A stretch of DNA of 64,000 nucleotides, taken from Tolypothrix carrinoi HA7290-LM1 (GTDB lineage Bacteria > Cyanobacteriota > Cyanobacteriia > Cyanobacteriales > Nostocaceae). Made by a program: the position numbers and the translations under genes. Location: the NCBI GenBank assembly GCA_019358935.1, contig JAHHIK010000009.1:44707-108706 (forward strand). Direction: 5' to 3'. The notes beneath the pieces were generated by a model, which worked only from the letters and a program-made list of their open reading frames with translations, made no database searches and was not told the origin of the DNA. This document shows, one piece after another, positions 25,928-36,777 of this stretch. The first letter of the stretch is position 1. Each line of letters begins with the position of its first letter.

Positions 25928-28465
25928 TCAAAGTTCTACCCCTCCTCCCACTTTTTTGCGTGGGGGTGCAGGGGCGGCGACTTTTTGTTTTTTGTATTCC
26001 CTAACAACTTGGGTGGGAGTAAACTGCTGTTTGATTTCTTCAGCCCGCCACTGTTGTAAATCCTGCATGATGTCTTTTAGTGGGGTAAATTCTATGGTGC
26101 TTTCCCCTTGTTTTTGCGCCTCGTTTGTTTTGTGAGTCATAATTTTGAGGTACATTTCTCGTTGATCGGCGATAGGGAGCTTGCCATTGTTATCTTTAAG
26201 CTTTTGCAGGATTTCTTCATTGCCTTGATTCATTGCCCCTCCCCAAGCCGGACCGCCTTTTTTCGTCATCTCTGCCCACTCTTGGGCGATGTAGGGGTGA
26301 ACCTGGACAGGGATATCACCTGCACTTTGGATTTGTTGAGGTTGAGGAACCTGCTGGGTGCTCCCTTCTCCTTGGTTAGGTGGTTGTTGCGTCTGTGCTG
26401 TTTGCCCCCCTTCAAATACCTGTTCAAGATTAAGCTTGTTGGCGTTTTGGGCAATAAACTTCACTTGGTTGATGTCATAGTCGCTGATATTCATCTTGGC
26501 GACCTCTTTTTTTATGCCCTCCTCAGTTTTGGTTAAATCAAATTTGACTAATTCCTGAGTACCCCTTTCCTCGGTCGTTTTAAACAGTTGCAGGCTGGCT
26601 TTTTTCCCTTCAGGGTCGCGGGTGCGTTTAATCGTAAATTCTCCTACGGCAAGTTCATCTTTAAGTGCTACCAAAAGTGTGTTGTTGAGAGTGTCCAACA
26701 TTTCGTTTTGTTTGAATACCTCCAAGGTTTTAATAGTACCAGCAGGAGCGAGACTGCCGAGGCTATTTGCCACATCCCGGATGTCTGAAGAACTTAGATC
26801 GGGTAGTTTGCCTTTATCCTGAAGGTGTTCGCCTATTATCAGGAATTCCTGACGTTCGACCCCTAACATTTTAGTAGGCTGTTTGGTGATTTTGGGTTCT
26901 TTATCTCCTTTACCGGGTTTGAACTTCATCAGCGAATTACTCCACCCCTGGAGTTCATCACTGCGGCGATGGATGCTGACGGTATCCCCTTCTTGCCGAA
27001 TTATAAAGGCATCACTTCTGTAAATACGAGAACCATCTTGCTCAATGATGCCGTATTTTTTCAACATTTCGGTTGCAGCTTGGGCAATATCTTTGTTCTC
27101 GCCGTTGTAGCGTTCCTTTTCTGTTTGTTTGTTTTTTATCTCGTATACTGGTACTTCTACTTGACGCGCCCATTGTTGCGCTTGTGGTTCTACCCCCTCG
27201 GAGTTGGCTGCTTGTTGGTAAGTGTATTGAGCGGCGTATTGTTCCTCTTCTTCTAAATTTTCTTTTTTGGGAGTTACGCTTGGATTTTCTGAATCAACAA
27301 ATTTCTTTTTATTGGTAACTGTTATTTCATTTGAGGTATAATTTTCCTGATTTTCTACCTCTTCCTGAAGATTATTGATGATAACTTCTTCAAAGTTATG
27401 TTCGGCTGACTCTGCTACAGTTGATAGTGTGGACTCAGAATTTTCAACATTTAAAGGTTGGTTATCTATCTGATTGTTGGGTTCTAGTATAGTGTTGTCT
27501 ATTAATTCAACTTCGTAATGATTTTGAGCGATCGCAGTAATTTGCTCATCTTCATCTGGTGGATCATCAAAATCTGGAGGATTGCTAATATCTATATTTT
27601 CTACAAAGTCAATTGTCTCTTCATCTGGGGGTATATCTTCTACTGTAATAAATTCTACTGACTGAATTTTCTCTGTACTAGCAATTAGCTCTGTTACATT
27701 TTCTTCCAAATAAGTATTATTTAATACTTTTGAAAGCATATCATTTGCTGCTGTCGATATATTGTCAAATTGGCTGCTTTCAATATCAGATGGTTGGCTG
27801 TTCACGTTAGTTTCAGGTTGAAAATTCTCACTCTTTTCTAGAAAATTTTTAGTATCTTGGTAATTTTTAACGATATCAGATGAAGGAGGTAGTAGCTTTA
27901 TGAGTGGCTCGTAAGCCACATCCATAATTTCATCTTGGGAGAGATTTTCTGTAATTAAATTTGTTCGACATTTGCCTGATGAATCTTGCTCGTAAATGAC
28001 AGTTTTATTGCCTAATTCAGTGTAGGCAGTTATCCTGATAGCTGGTTCATAATCGCTGCTTGAATTTTCACCTAAATCGGGTACATCTTGTACAATTCGG
28101 GCGGCGAGAGTTTGTGCTTGATAATCGCTAGGTTCGTTGTGTGTCTCAAACTCTATGCTGTACCGTACATTATCCATGTACATATCTGGCATGAGGATTA
28201 CTGTGTCTCTACCATCTATCCCCTGGTTTAAATCTACTTTTTCCCATTTGTAAGCCCCAGGGGTAGATTTATCGGGTACGAGGTTGTAGGTATCTTTGCC
28301 AACTTCAATTGCTATTTTATCTGTTTCTTCCCCCTCTTTAAATATTTCTCGAATTTTATTAAAAGTGTCAATCAGGATTTTGGCTAATTCTAAGGCTGCT
28401 TTACCAGTAGTATCAGCCAGTTGAAGATAGTTATCTGCTATTCGTTGTTGCTGAGGGTCAAACAT
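25928..28465 (-). CDS. large hypothetical protein downstream of the coupling protein
   Basis: 845 aa with an acidic low-complexity centre and a basic C-terminus ending RKKVGGGVEL. Confidence 0.8.
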   Translation of the reverse strand: MFDPQQQRIADNYLQLADTTGKAALELAKILIDTFNKIREIFKEGEETDKIAIEVGKDTYNLVPDKSTPGAYKWEKVDLNQGIDGRDTVILMPDMYMDNVRYSIEFETHNEPSDYQAQTLAARIVQDVPDLGENSSSDYEPAIRITAYTELGNKTVIYEQDSSGKCRTNLITENLSQDEIMDVAYEPLIKLLPPSSDIVKNYQDTKNFLEKSENFQPETNVNSQPSDIESSQFDNISTAANDMLSKVLNNTYLEENVTELIASTEKIQSVEFITVEDIPPDEETIDFVENIDISNPPDFDDPPDEDEQITAIAQNHYEVELIDNTILEPNNQIDNQPLNVENSESTLSTVAESAEHNFEEVIINNLQEEVENQENYTSNEITVTNKKKFVDSENPSVTPKKENLEEEEQYAAQYTYQQAANSEGVEPQAQQWARQVEVPVYEIKNKQTEKERYNGENKDIAQAATEMLKKYGIIEQDGSRIYRSDAFIIRQEGDTVSIHRRSDELQGWSNSLMKFKPGKGDKEPKITKQPTKMLGVERQEFLIIGEHLQDKGKLPDLSSSDIRDVANSLGSLAPAGTIKTLEVFKQNEMLDTLNNTLLVALKDELAVGEFTIKRTRDPEGKKASLQLFKTTEERGTQELVKFDLTKTEEGIKKEVAKMNISDYDINQVKFIAQNANKLNLEQVFEGGQTAQTQQPPNQGEGSTQQVPQPQQIQSAGDIPVQVHPYIAQEWAEMTKKGGPAWGGAMNQGNEEILQKLKDNNGKLPIADQREMYLKIMTHKTNEAQKQGESTIEFTPLKDIMQDLQQWRAEEIKQQFTPTQVVREYKKQKVAAPAPPRKKVGGGVEL

Positions 28466-28728
28466 GGTGGTGTTGGAAACCTATCGATAAGTATTGAATT
28501 TTGATATTTAACGAACACTAATTGATTATCAAATCTGATGATTAGTAATGATGGTTTAGCACCAGTTTGGTAAAAAATATCGCAATAAATATTATTTTGG
28601 CTATTGCGGTTGTAATGGTAAACTAGGATATTGTCGAAATAATGTTCTTCCACATCAGGTGGAAATTGATAATTCCATTTCGGGAAAATTTGATATTTAT
28701 TAATTTCTTTTATTATCTCTTTATTCAT
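28438..28728 (-). CDS. hypothetical protein
   Basis: 96-aa ORF filling the gap between flanking genes. Confidence 0.5.
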   Translation of the reverse strand: MNKEIIKEINKYQIFPKWNYQFPPDVEEHYFDNILVYHYNRNSQNNIYCDIFYQTGAKPSLLIIRFDNQLVFVKYQNSILIDRFPTPPCLTLSNNE

Positions 28729-28736
28729 TATGTTTA

Positions 28737-30506
28737 TTATTTAAAAAAATCGGCATAACTGTCTACAGGTAATGGTGAATTCCCAGCCTGTACGGGCGCT
28801 TGGGGAATGGGGAAACGCTTATCTACTTCTTTTACTCTGAGATCTAAATCTTCTTGAGTAGGTCGTTTTTGGGTGCTTTTCCGTGCTAACTGCTTGATAA
28901 GCTTGTCCCAATTGTTTCCGTTTTCTTCCTCCAAGCCAATCAAATATTTTGATACTTTAATAGTCTTTAATAGGGGTACAGAACCTTCCTTTTTATTATC
29001 ATAACCAGGGTTAATAAATACACATTTACCAGGTGGCAATTTGAGGAATTGGGCAGGTTCAAAAAGCTTGCGAGTTTTTTCCTGGTCGGAGATAGATGTT
29101 GAAGCTTTGCCCCCTCCAGTTGACCGGGATTTTTGTTTGTAGCTGATTTCCTCTTCACCTAAATAAGCACTAAAAAGCCTTGCAGATTCCTCTTCCCCAG
29201 GATTAAATACAAACTTGGTACCGCACGCACCAAGGATTGCTTTTGAGATTTCCTTGCCGTAAATTTTTTCCAACTGACCCATGTTTTGCCATCCGAGGAT
29301 TCCACAGAATCCTTCAGAACGCGACTCGTTAAGCCATTTAAACAAGTCTGGTAAAAAAATTGACGGTAGTTCGTCAACGCTAACCACAAGTGGACCAGAA
29401 TATTTCCTCTTTTTGGCAATACTGCGAGCGACGGTCATGTGTAAAATAGAAGTCATGAGTGGACCTACTGCGTCGCGGCGTTCGCGGTCGAGTCCAAAGA
29501 TAATCATCTGTTTTTTACCTACCTCTAGTGGTAAGGTGGTCTCACCGATAAAACAGCCCAAAGTGTTCTTAGCCATGAATCTCGTAAACATGAGCGATGC
29601 GGTACCGGCGATACCTGCGATGGTTTTCTCCGATCCGCTAGAGCTAAATAACTGACCAAAAGCTATTCTTATCCAAGGGTTGAGGCTCGCAGCCATCAAA
29701 CGTTCGACCATCTTTTCACTCGATAGAACTGCTGCTGCGGTCATGATATCGGCGAACTCGCCAAACTCCTTGGTGAGCATGAGGATTGCCTGGGTGAGTT
29801 GATCCCCCGCAGGTCCAAAAAATGCGTCCTCATTGGCGCCTCCCAACATCCGGAAGTTTTTATTTATCACAGTTGCAAGCTGACGTGCGGTTTCAGCATC
29901 GCTACTGTCGCGCAAGAAATCAATGGGGTTGCATACCTCCGATTCGGGGAATCCTGGCGCAAAGACGTGTACTTCATACCCCTTTGATTTAGCATAAGAA
30001 GCGATTTTGGCTTGTGAGGGGTATTTAAAATCGTATAGTACAATACCAAATCCTTGGTCAATTGCTGAATATAGCATGGGGTTGATTGCCGAAAAAGATT
30101 TACCGCTACCGGGTGCCCCAATGACGGCTGTACCTCTTTGAACATCAGGCACGTACATGGGTGTTCCCCCACTCCCCTTTGGTAGTTTTTGACCTTTATA
30201 TTTATGTACTCCAATATACAAACTAGCCGAATCGCATTTGGGGGAAGTGACTTGCTTGATAGCCTTTTTCTTGGCGCGGTTTGTTTCTTGACCCCCACCC
30301 CAATAGCTAGTGGCAAGTTTGCCTTTTTTGCCTCCAGAAAACATCTGTAAGAGAAATAGTCCTAATATCCCCCCGGCGAGTGCTAGTCCTTGGGGAGACA
30401 TCAGTTGGTTGGTATATTTGCTGAAGTCATAGCCAGACGAAGGTAAGGATTCTGTAGCAGTTTGAACTTTAGTGCTTGGGGTTTGAGCTAGGTATAAATT
30501 ATTCAT
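28737..30506 (-). CDS. type IV coupling protein (VirD4/TraD-like)
   Basis: N-terminal TM helix, GAPGSGKS, YDFK, VDELPS, QNMGQLEKIYG. Confidence 0.9.
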   Translation of the reverse strand: MNNLYLAQTPSTKVQTATESLPSSGYDFSKYTNQLMSPQGLALAGGILGLFLLQMFSGGKKGKLATSYWGGGQETNRAKKKAIKQVTSPKCDSASLYIGVHKYKGQKLPKGSGGTPMYVPDVQRGTAVIGAPGSGKSFSAINPMLYSAIDQGFGIVLYDFKYPSQAKIASYAKSKGYEVHVFAPGFPESEVCNPIDFLRDSSDAETARQLATVINKNFRMLGGANEDAFFGPAGDQLTQAILMLTKEFGEFADIMTAAAVLSSEKMVERLMAASLNPWIRIAFGQLFSSSGSEKTIAGIAGTASLMFTRFMAKNTLGCFIGETTLPLEVGKKQMIIFGLDRERRDAVGPLMTSILHMTVARSIAKKRKYSGPLVVSVDELPSIFLPDLFKWLNESRSEGFCGILGWQNMGQLEKIYGKEISKAILGACGTKFVFNPGEEESARLFSAYLGEEEISYKQKSRSTGGGKASTSISDQEKTRKLFEPAQFLKLPPGKCVFINPGYDNKKEGSVPLLKTIKVSKYLIGLEEENGNNWDKLIKQLARKSTQKRPTQEDLDLRVKEVDKRFPIPQAPVQAGNSPLPVDSYADFFK

Positions 30507-30583
30507 ATTTACTAAAAATTGGTATGAAGAAATATACTTTTGGATTGCATATTTCTCCTTGTGGTGTTAAAGGTCGGTGAGTG

Positions 30584-32164
30584 TCAAAGAGTTGGTTTTT
30601 TAGGCACTGTGAGGGGTGTGCCTAAAATAATTGAGTCCATCTCGCTATAGTTTAAGAATGGAACAGGACCGATAAAGTAGGGCGTGCAGGTGCGACCAAC
30701 GAAGGGGATCGTTTTGCAGAAACGGAAGAACATCGCAGTAGTTATACTTCCGTCAGCTTCGTTGACATCCCAGATAACTTGTTTGAATGATTTACCGAAG
30801 GGATGTCTTCCGGTTGGTTCTTTCCCGCCGTTAACACCACCGAGAATACCGAATCCACCCTTGACTTTTTGGAACTTGCCTGACATCCATGCCGCACCAG
30901 TTAGGTTATCGTTTCCAGCTACTTCGATGTGGGCGCATTTTTTGTTGTAGCAGGGGACGTTAAATCCTTCTTGCTCGCTACCCGATATTGATTTCCACCT
31001 GCCGTTTTCTACCTCTTTAAGTACCACATCCACCTTACCGATAAAGCTGGTATCGGGTACGGGTACTCCAGGTAACTGGTCAAATGGTACTTTTCCCAAT
31101 CCCGGAACCTTGCCGATAATAGTATTTTCCCAGTTGTTAAACTTTTTGAGGGCGGCTTTATCGATACCGGGAATGCTGGTGAGTTTGTATTTATCAAGTT
31201 TGAGGTATTTGCCAAGTTCGGCGGTTTCAAGTTTGGGGTAACTTTCGAGTGCTTCTCCTACAGTCAAGCTGCTTGTTGCATCCCCTGTCACTTTACTAAC
31301 TAAATCATCAATTGCTGGAATATCGGCAACTTCTAATTTGGATAATCCTGGGATAGCTGAAGCTAAATCGCCGAGTGACTGCCACTTAAGTGTCTCAAAG
31401 TCTGATAGTTTGAGATTTTTGAGGCTGGTATCCGTTATTTTTGAGATTTGACTGAGGTTAAGATTTTCGATTTTGAATTCTGTTGCCTCAAAATCTCCCA
31501 ACTGCATTACCTCAGCAAGTGACTGTCCCGCGTTCCAAACACGCTTTCCTTTGAGTTTTAAGTCTTTAATGTTAGGAAATTCGACTTCCCCTGCACTTGA
31601 AAACTTCATGCTATCAAAGTTAATCTTGCTCCAGTCAGGGACAGGCATCCCATTGATATACTTGACCGCAAGGAGTTGTTTTTTCGGTGTTTTAGCTTGT
31701 TTGCTCGAATGATTCAAATTTGAATCATTCGGGGAGAGGTTTACCGAAGTGTTCCCGAAGTACCCTGCTCTAAGCCGCTTTGCCTCTAGTGCTGGAGGGA
31801 GTATAGAACCAGCAACTTCTCTCAAATTTGAAACATTTGTTGGTGTAGCTGCGACAGCTTTATTCTCAAATACGAGACTGCCGATATTGTAGCTACCCCC
31901 GAATCTAATTAACCCGTGGAGGGCGAGTCCTGCCACCATACCAGCAGCCATGAGGTAGCGCCATACATTCATCTTTGTAGTGCGCCATTGATACCCCTTA
32001 CTTGGTTCATTTTTAGGAGGGTTGTAATTCGTGGTTGTAACTGGAACAATGGCGACTATCTCCGAGTTAACTTGGATGGCGCTAGTCTGCGGGTGGATTG
32101 CTTCTGTTGTAATATTTATTACTTTAAATGTTGGATTATCTGTTAAAAAATCTTTGGTTTCCAT
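30584..32164 (-). CDS. conserved T4SS-associated exported protein
   Basis: TM segment, repeated (S/D/K)(I/V)PGL units and a Cys-containing C-domain (GKEPTGRHPFG, CTPYFIGPVP). Confidence 0.7.
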   Translation of the reverse strand: METKDFLTDNPTFKVINITTEAIHPQTSAIQVNSEIVAIVPVTTTNYNPPKNEPSKGYQWRTTKMNVWRYLMAAGMVAGLALHGLIRFGGSYNIGSLVFENKAVAATPTNVSNLREVAGSILPPALEAKRLRAGYFGNTSVNLSPNDSNLNHSSKQAKTPKKQLLAVKYINGMPVPDWSKINFDSMKFSSAGEVEFPNIKDLKLKGKRVWNAGQSLAEVMQLGDFEATEFKIENLNLSQISKITDTSLKNLKLSDFETLKWQSLGDLASAIPGLSKLEVADIPAIDDLVSKVTGDATSSLTVGEALESYPKLETAELGKYLKLDKYKLTSIPGIDKAALKKFNNWENTIIGKVPGLGKVPFDQLPGVPVPDTSFIGKVDVVLKEVENGRWKSISGSEQEGFNVPCYNKKCAHIEVAGNDNLTGAAWMSGKFQKVKGGFGILGGVNGGKEPTGRHPFGKSFKQVIWDVNEADGSITTAMFFRFCKTIPFVGRTCTPYFIGPVPFLNYSEMDSIILGTPLTVPKKPTL

Positions 32165-32244
32165 AATCTTTACTACTTTTCAACAACTAGGTTTTCTGGT
32201 GTAGGTTGAGTATTATTTGTTTCTACTGGTTTGGGAGGGGCATC

Positions 32245-32982
32245 TCAAAATAAGCGTTTTCCACCCATAAGCATGAGCTTTTCAACTAATTTCATCGATA
32301 CCCCGGTGTTGGTTGCAGCGATGGTGAGTTCTTCACCAGTGCGTCGCAACTCGACTAGTTTGGTTAATCTTTCCCACAGTGGGGTATTGCTGTTTATCCA
32401 CTGTTTGTCAAGTGCAACCTGCATTCCTTTGGCGATATATTTGCTATCAGATACGGCAGTGTAATCAGATGAAGGTTTTTCTGGTTCCCGGTTATTGCTT
32501 GAGTCACCTATAATTTCTAGTTGGCTGTATTCGGGTTTTCCACTGCCTGGTATGATTTGGAAATGATAAGATTTTTTATTACCTCCAGATTCAGTAATTA
32601 CTGTCAGGTGCGAACCATAATTAGCTTGTGGCAATCCAGGTATTTTGACTGTTTCGATACGGCGGAGATGAATAAGTCCTGCTCCAGTTCCTTCGGACGA
32701 ACATTTTCCCAATCCTTCCAAACAGCCATCTACGTCAATTACAAATTTGGAGGGGTCATCCAACCAGATTTTTTTAATAACTTCCCCGGTGCGGTAAAAC
32801 GAAATTGATACTCCATGTCCGTTCCAAACCTTGACGGTTTGTAGTTGGGCGGTTTCTCCCGATACCATGTATGCTTCTATTTGACGGACAATACCTGCTG
32901 TCGCACTTTGTATAGGTAGTACAGGCAGCGCGATCGCCCAAGATAAAAGTAAGCTGAAACTGAATAAATATTTAGCTACCAT
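32245..32982 (-). CDS. T4SS outer-membrane core protein (VirB9-like)
   Basis: Signal peptide, IKKIWLDDPS; adjacent to the VirB10-like gene. Confidence 0.6.
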   Translation of the reverse strand: MVAKYLFSFSLLLSWAIALPVLPIQSATAGIVRQIEAYMVSGETAQLQTVKVWNGHGVSISFYRTGEVIKKIWLDDPSKFVIDVDGCLEGLGKCSSEGTGAGLIHLRRIETVKIPGLPQANYGSHLTVITESGGNKKSYHFQIIPGSGKPEYSQLEIIGDSSNNREPEKPSSDYTAVSDSKYIAKGMQVALDKQWINSNTPLWERLTKLVELRRTGEELTIAATNTGVSMKLVEKLMLMGGKRLF

Positions 32983-32991
32983 GACGGTTTG

Positions 32992-34731
32992 TTACAGTTT
33001 GATGGAGCGATTGACGAGAATAGAGATTTTGGTGTAAGCAGGTATATACCAGATGTTTGGACGGCTGGTAATTTCACTAGTAGCTTGTTGGGTGCGGCTT
33101 GTAATGGTTTCCGATAGCTTGCCAAAAGCGCCTTCTAAAAATGCACCTGTGATATTGCGATTATTTCCTGTGGTGCGCGTGCGGCTGCCACCGAAGGGGA
33201 GGTCTTCTGTGGTTTGGTCTTGTCTGTTGATTATTTCTCCTACTTTTGCAAGTCCCGCGATAGTGCCAAGAGTGGTATCAAAAAGAGCGATTTCTCCTCC
33301 CTTATCTTTGTAGGGACGGGCGATGAGGGGGTTATTACCTTTACCTAGAATTGAGATTGCGCCGGGGGAGATGGGATATTCAGTACCATCTTTAAGTATT
33401 GCAATTACTTCAGCGGTGATATTAAATCCACTATCAACAGAGACAAGTGCGATCGCAACTTGCGTACCAGCACTTAGGGCTATTCCACCTGTGTTGCTTT
33501 TGATTGGTTCATCCAAACGGGCTACAAATCTGAGGTTGCTGTTTGTGCTGCCTTGAGTAAGTATTAAAGGAGTAACTAAGGTAGCGCTTGTGGAAGAACC
33601 TACTACTAAATATTGGGTTTGTCTTTCCTCTAAAATTTGGGCTTCTTCAGTTAGGTAATTAATAGAACTAAGTTGGGCTTGCTTGCTTTTAGAAGTAGTA
33701 AACTCGACAGCATTAGTTGGTTCCCATCGGGGGCGCAGTTCTTCAACTTCCCCTGTGTTGTTGGGTGTACTGTTAGGTGTAATATCGACTGTATTTTCAC
33801 CGCGACGGTTGCGGCGGCGGGGTGTTTCATCTTTATAAACTTCCTCTTCTGTTCTACTGCTAGCAATAGTAGTGCTGTCAGTATTGTTACCATATTCAAC
33901 TCGACCGACATTACCCAGACTGCGGAGGCGTTCGAGTTCGGCTAGGGGGTCTTTCTGTGTTTCTGTACGACTCTCGCTGGATGATGGTACTGCTTTTGTG
34001 GTTTTGCTACTTACCGGAAGAGTTATTTTTGGTAAAGTTGTAGTGGGGCGTAAGGGTTCGACGGGACGGGACGCAAGGACTGCACTGCGTGTTGGTCTGT
34101 TGTATTCAGTTTCAGGATTTGGTTCCCGGTATACACGGTAGCTGCGCGGAGGGGGAGGTGTTTCTTGAGATGTGACCCTAGCTTGAGTTGTCGTAGACAA
34201 AGCGGGAGTGCTGGCGTTAGGAATTTGTTTTTTACTGTTTTTACCGTCTGGAGTTTCTTCCCTTTCAGTATTATTTCCTTTGGTTTCTTTCTCTTTACCG
34301 TTGAGTGTTTCAAGTTCTTGCTGTTGCTTTTGGAGAGCTAGTTTTGCATAAGCATCCCCGTCCTTTTCTTCAAATGGTGCGGATGTAGGAGTATTACTGG
34401 GAGTAGCAATTGGAGTTTGAGCAGTGTTGCTGCCACCGTTGATCATGCTGTTGAGGACGACAAACATAAGTACAAAACCTACTCCAAATGCACCCCCAAT
34501 AATGCCGAGTCTCGACCAGGGAGAGGTTACAAAATCGTGTTTGGTTTGAACGGCTGCGGGATTTTCCTCATCATCTTCTGTTGATTCTTTTTCTAATTCA
34601 TTTTCACATTCAGTTGGTTTAACTCTATCTTCATCGAGTGGTAAAAGTGCATCAACAGAGTTATCTTGATTTAAATTATCGTTATTACTAATAATCGTTT
34701 CTTGATTTTCGTCGGGAAAATTTAGTGCCAT
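32992..34731 (-). CDS. TrbI/VirB10-like protein
   Basis: TM helix, Pro/Thr-rich linker, C-terminal beta domain ending WYIPAYTKISILVN. Confidence 0.8.
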   Translation of the reverse strand: MALNFPDENQETIISNNDNLNQDNSVDALLPLDEDRVKPTECENELEKESTEDDEENPAAVQTKHDFVTSPWSRLGIIGGAFGVGFVLMFVVLNSMINGGSNTAQTPIATPSNTPTSAPFEEKDGDAYAKLALQKQQQELETLNGKEKETKGNNTEREETPDGKNSKKQIPNASTPALSTTTQARVTSQETPPPPRSYRVYREPNPETEYNRPTRSAVLASRPVEPLRPTTTLPKITLPVSSKTTKAVPSSSESRTETQKDPLAELERLRSLGNVGRVEYGNNTDSTTIASSRTEEEVYKDETPRRRNRRGENTVDITPNSTPNNTGEVEELRPRWEPTNAVEFTTSKSKQAQLSSINYLTEEAQILEERQTQYLVVGSSTSATLVTPLILTQGSTNSNLRFVARLDEPIKSNTGGIALSAGTQVAIALVSVDSGFNITAEVIAILKDGTEYPISPGAISILGKGNNPLIARPYKDKGGEIALFDTTLGTIAGLAKVGEIINRQDQTTEDLPFGGSRTRTTGNNRNITGAFLEGAFGKLSETITSRTQQATSEITSRPNIWYIPAYTKISILVNRSIKL

Positions 34732-34769
34732 ATATTACAACTTAATTGCTACAAGCTTTAATGAAATTA

Positions 34770-35552
34770 TTATTTTCTCTTTTTCCCAAGTTCGTAATCT
34801 ACGATTTGGGTTATTTCTAAACCAGACATTTTAGCTTGATAAATTTTTTTGGCTATTTCACTAGTTTCGGGTGGGTTTTGGGGGCTATCTATTGCTGCTA
34901 CGGTAATTGTTTTGTTGAAGGTAATGCCTTTACTTAGATTTCTTTCACCGTTGAATGTGACTAAATTACCGATAACATCAACTTCCCATTTCCCATGTTC
35001 GATTTTACGTGGTTTGGAGACAAAGTTGGTTACAAGAGTGACTGTACCTTTTCCGGAAAGTATACCTTCAGGGATTGTTTCTGCTAGTTTTTTGAGGAAG
35101 CTGGCGCGGAAATCTTGATTTTCAGATAGTGTGAAAGCCCCTGACCAAACATCAGTGGGGATTTTTCTTCTAGCCCCATTTACCATTTCAATTTCTATTC
35201 CTTTATCTACTTTTTGAACGAGATTTCCATTATCGTCTTCATTGATAACTCCATCCCAGTTGAATAATTTAATTAAGCTATTAGTAACAAAATCATTGAT
35301 AACTTTGTCAGTTCTTTCTCCAGGAGCAACACTTTTGATAGTTTTGGTACTTCCATTTTCTAACTGGACAAATGTCATAGCTTTCATATATCTGTTATTA
35401 GCAGAAGTTGCCCCAAAATTGATAAATTGTAATAGAAGAGAGAGGATGCCAGAGAAGGCGCCTAATGTAGTTGCGATTGCGACTGGTGCTGATGTAGATT
35501 GTCCGTAACTGAGTAGGCGAAGCGGTTGTGATTTTGGTTTAAATTTGAGCAT
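34770..35552 (-). CDS. T4SS inner-membrane protein (VirB8-like)
   Basis: Single N-terminal TM, FVQLENG; assigned by position. Confidence 0.55.
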   Translation of the reverse strand: MLKFKPKSQPLRLLSYGQSTSAPVAIATTLGAFSGILSLLLQFINFGATSANNRYMKAMTFVQLENGSTKTIKSVAPGERTDKVINDFVTNSLIKLFNWDGVINEDDNGNLVQKVDKGIEIEMVNGARRKIPTDVWSGAFTLSENQDFRASFLKKLAETIPEGILSGKGTVTLVTNFVSKPRKIEHGKWEVDVIGNLVTFNGERNLSKGITFNKTITVAAIDSPQNPPETSEIAKKIYQAKMSGLEITQIVDYELGKKRK

Positions 35553-35558
35553 TGTTGA

Positions 35559-36749
35559 TTATTTTTTTCTTACTTTTGCAGCGACAAATTTTGTGGCATT
35601 TACGCCTACTGTTGCTGCTGTGCTTGCTCCGGCTGTAGCGATTGGAGCTGCAACTTGAGATCCAAACGATGCGGCTTTACCCAATCCTGACCAAACAGCA
35701 AGTCCGCCGCCAGCCGCCAGAGATGATGCCAGGATAGGAGAAACCAACCCAACGAAAAGAAGAAATATCATTGGCTGGTTTTGCTCGGAATTTGCAATCA
35801 GTTGTCCGCACAAACCAATAATGATGTTGAAGCAAAGTTTTGCGATGCCGACTGAAAAATAGCCAGTCAACCAGGCAAAAATTGGTTTAGCGCCAAACGG
35901 GAGTAATGAACCACCCACTGCAAGCGGACCGAGAAGGGCAGTTAACAGCATCGTAAATTCAATGCCCCACTGGTAGGCATTATTTAGGGCAAGTAATATG
36001 ACGGCGACAAAACCAGTTATCATTGAGCCGATGGTACTGGTGATTGTGTTACCGACTTTTTCTATCACTTGACCGGGAGAAAGATTTGAGAGTGCGTCTT
36101 TAGCGTCGGATAGGGACTTAAGGGGGTTAAATTCCCAACTTCCTTCGCTAGGTGCTTCTCCCTTAAATAAGCCTGGTGCAGACTTTTTGATTTCAAGTTC
36201 GGCTTGTTGGAGACAAGCGATCGCATCACCAGTACCACCCGGAATCGACCGACATCTTTCCATCGCGCCTCCGACTTGCTGTTGAAGGGCGATATTTCCA
36301 ACTGCGCGGTTGAATGCTACCTCAAGGTTTGCTCCTGCGGCTGTAAAATTGAGTACATCGTTGTTGACGTTATTGATATACCCTCTGATTGTAAGGGTTC
36401 CGCTTCTAAGTAGGGTGCCGTTGTTTGCCAACAATCCAATGACTATGATGGGCCATATCCAACTTGATAACGCCTTCATGTCTTCTTGGTTGATGAAGTT
36501 TTTACCAAGTTCCACCATATATAGAGTGAGGGTGGCGAGGGCGAAAAACTGACCGACCTTACACATTGCACCATATAAATTTCCGTTGAGGGTTTCTTGC
36601 CAGAGTTCGTTAAACCCCTCAGCTACTAGTTGCGCTCCCCCGGCGGCGTTTTCGAGGATATCTTGTCCAAAATATGGGTCAGTGGCAATTATCAGATGGT
36701 CTAACATGGGCACTTGTGTTATACCGTTTGTAGGGAGCCATCTCTGCAA
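35559..36749 (-). CDS. polytopic T4SS membrane protein (VirB6-like)
   Basis: Multiple TM helices, LLGPLAVGGSLLP. Confidence 0.7.
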   Translation of the reverse strand: MQRWLPTNGITQVPMLDHLIIATDPYFGQDILENAAGGAQLVAEGFNELWQETLNGNLYGAMCKVGQFFALATLTLYMVELGKNFINQEDMKALSSWIWPIIVIGLLANNGTLLRSGTLTIRGYINNVNNDVLNFTAAGANLEVAFNRAVGNIALQQQVGGAMERCRSIPGGTGDAIACLQQAELEIKKSAPGLFKGEAPSEGSWEFNPLKSLSDAKDALSNLSPGQVIEKVGNTITSTIGSMITGFVAVILLALNNAYQWGIEFTMLLTALLGPLAVGGSLLPFGAKPIFAWLTGYFSVGIAKLCFNIIIGLCGQLIANSEQNQPMIFLLFVGLVSPILASSLAAGGGLAVWSGLGKAASFGSQVAAPIATAGASTAATVGVNATKFVAAKVRKK

Positions 36750-36777
36750 TCAGAGATGACTAATTGATTAAAGAAAA

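Noticed and set aside
25928..28465. Relaxase call for the 845-aa protein
   Set aside because: No HUH or other MOB motif could be identified.
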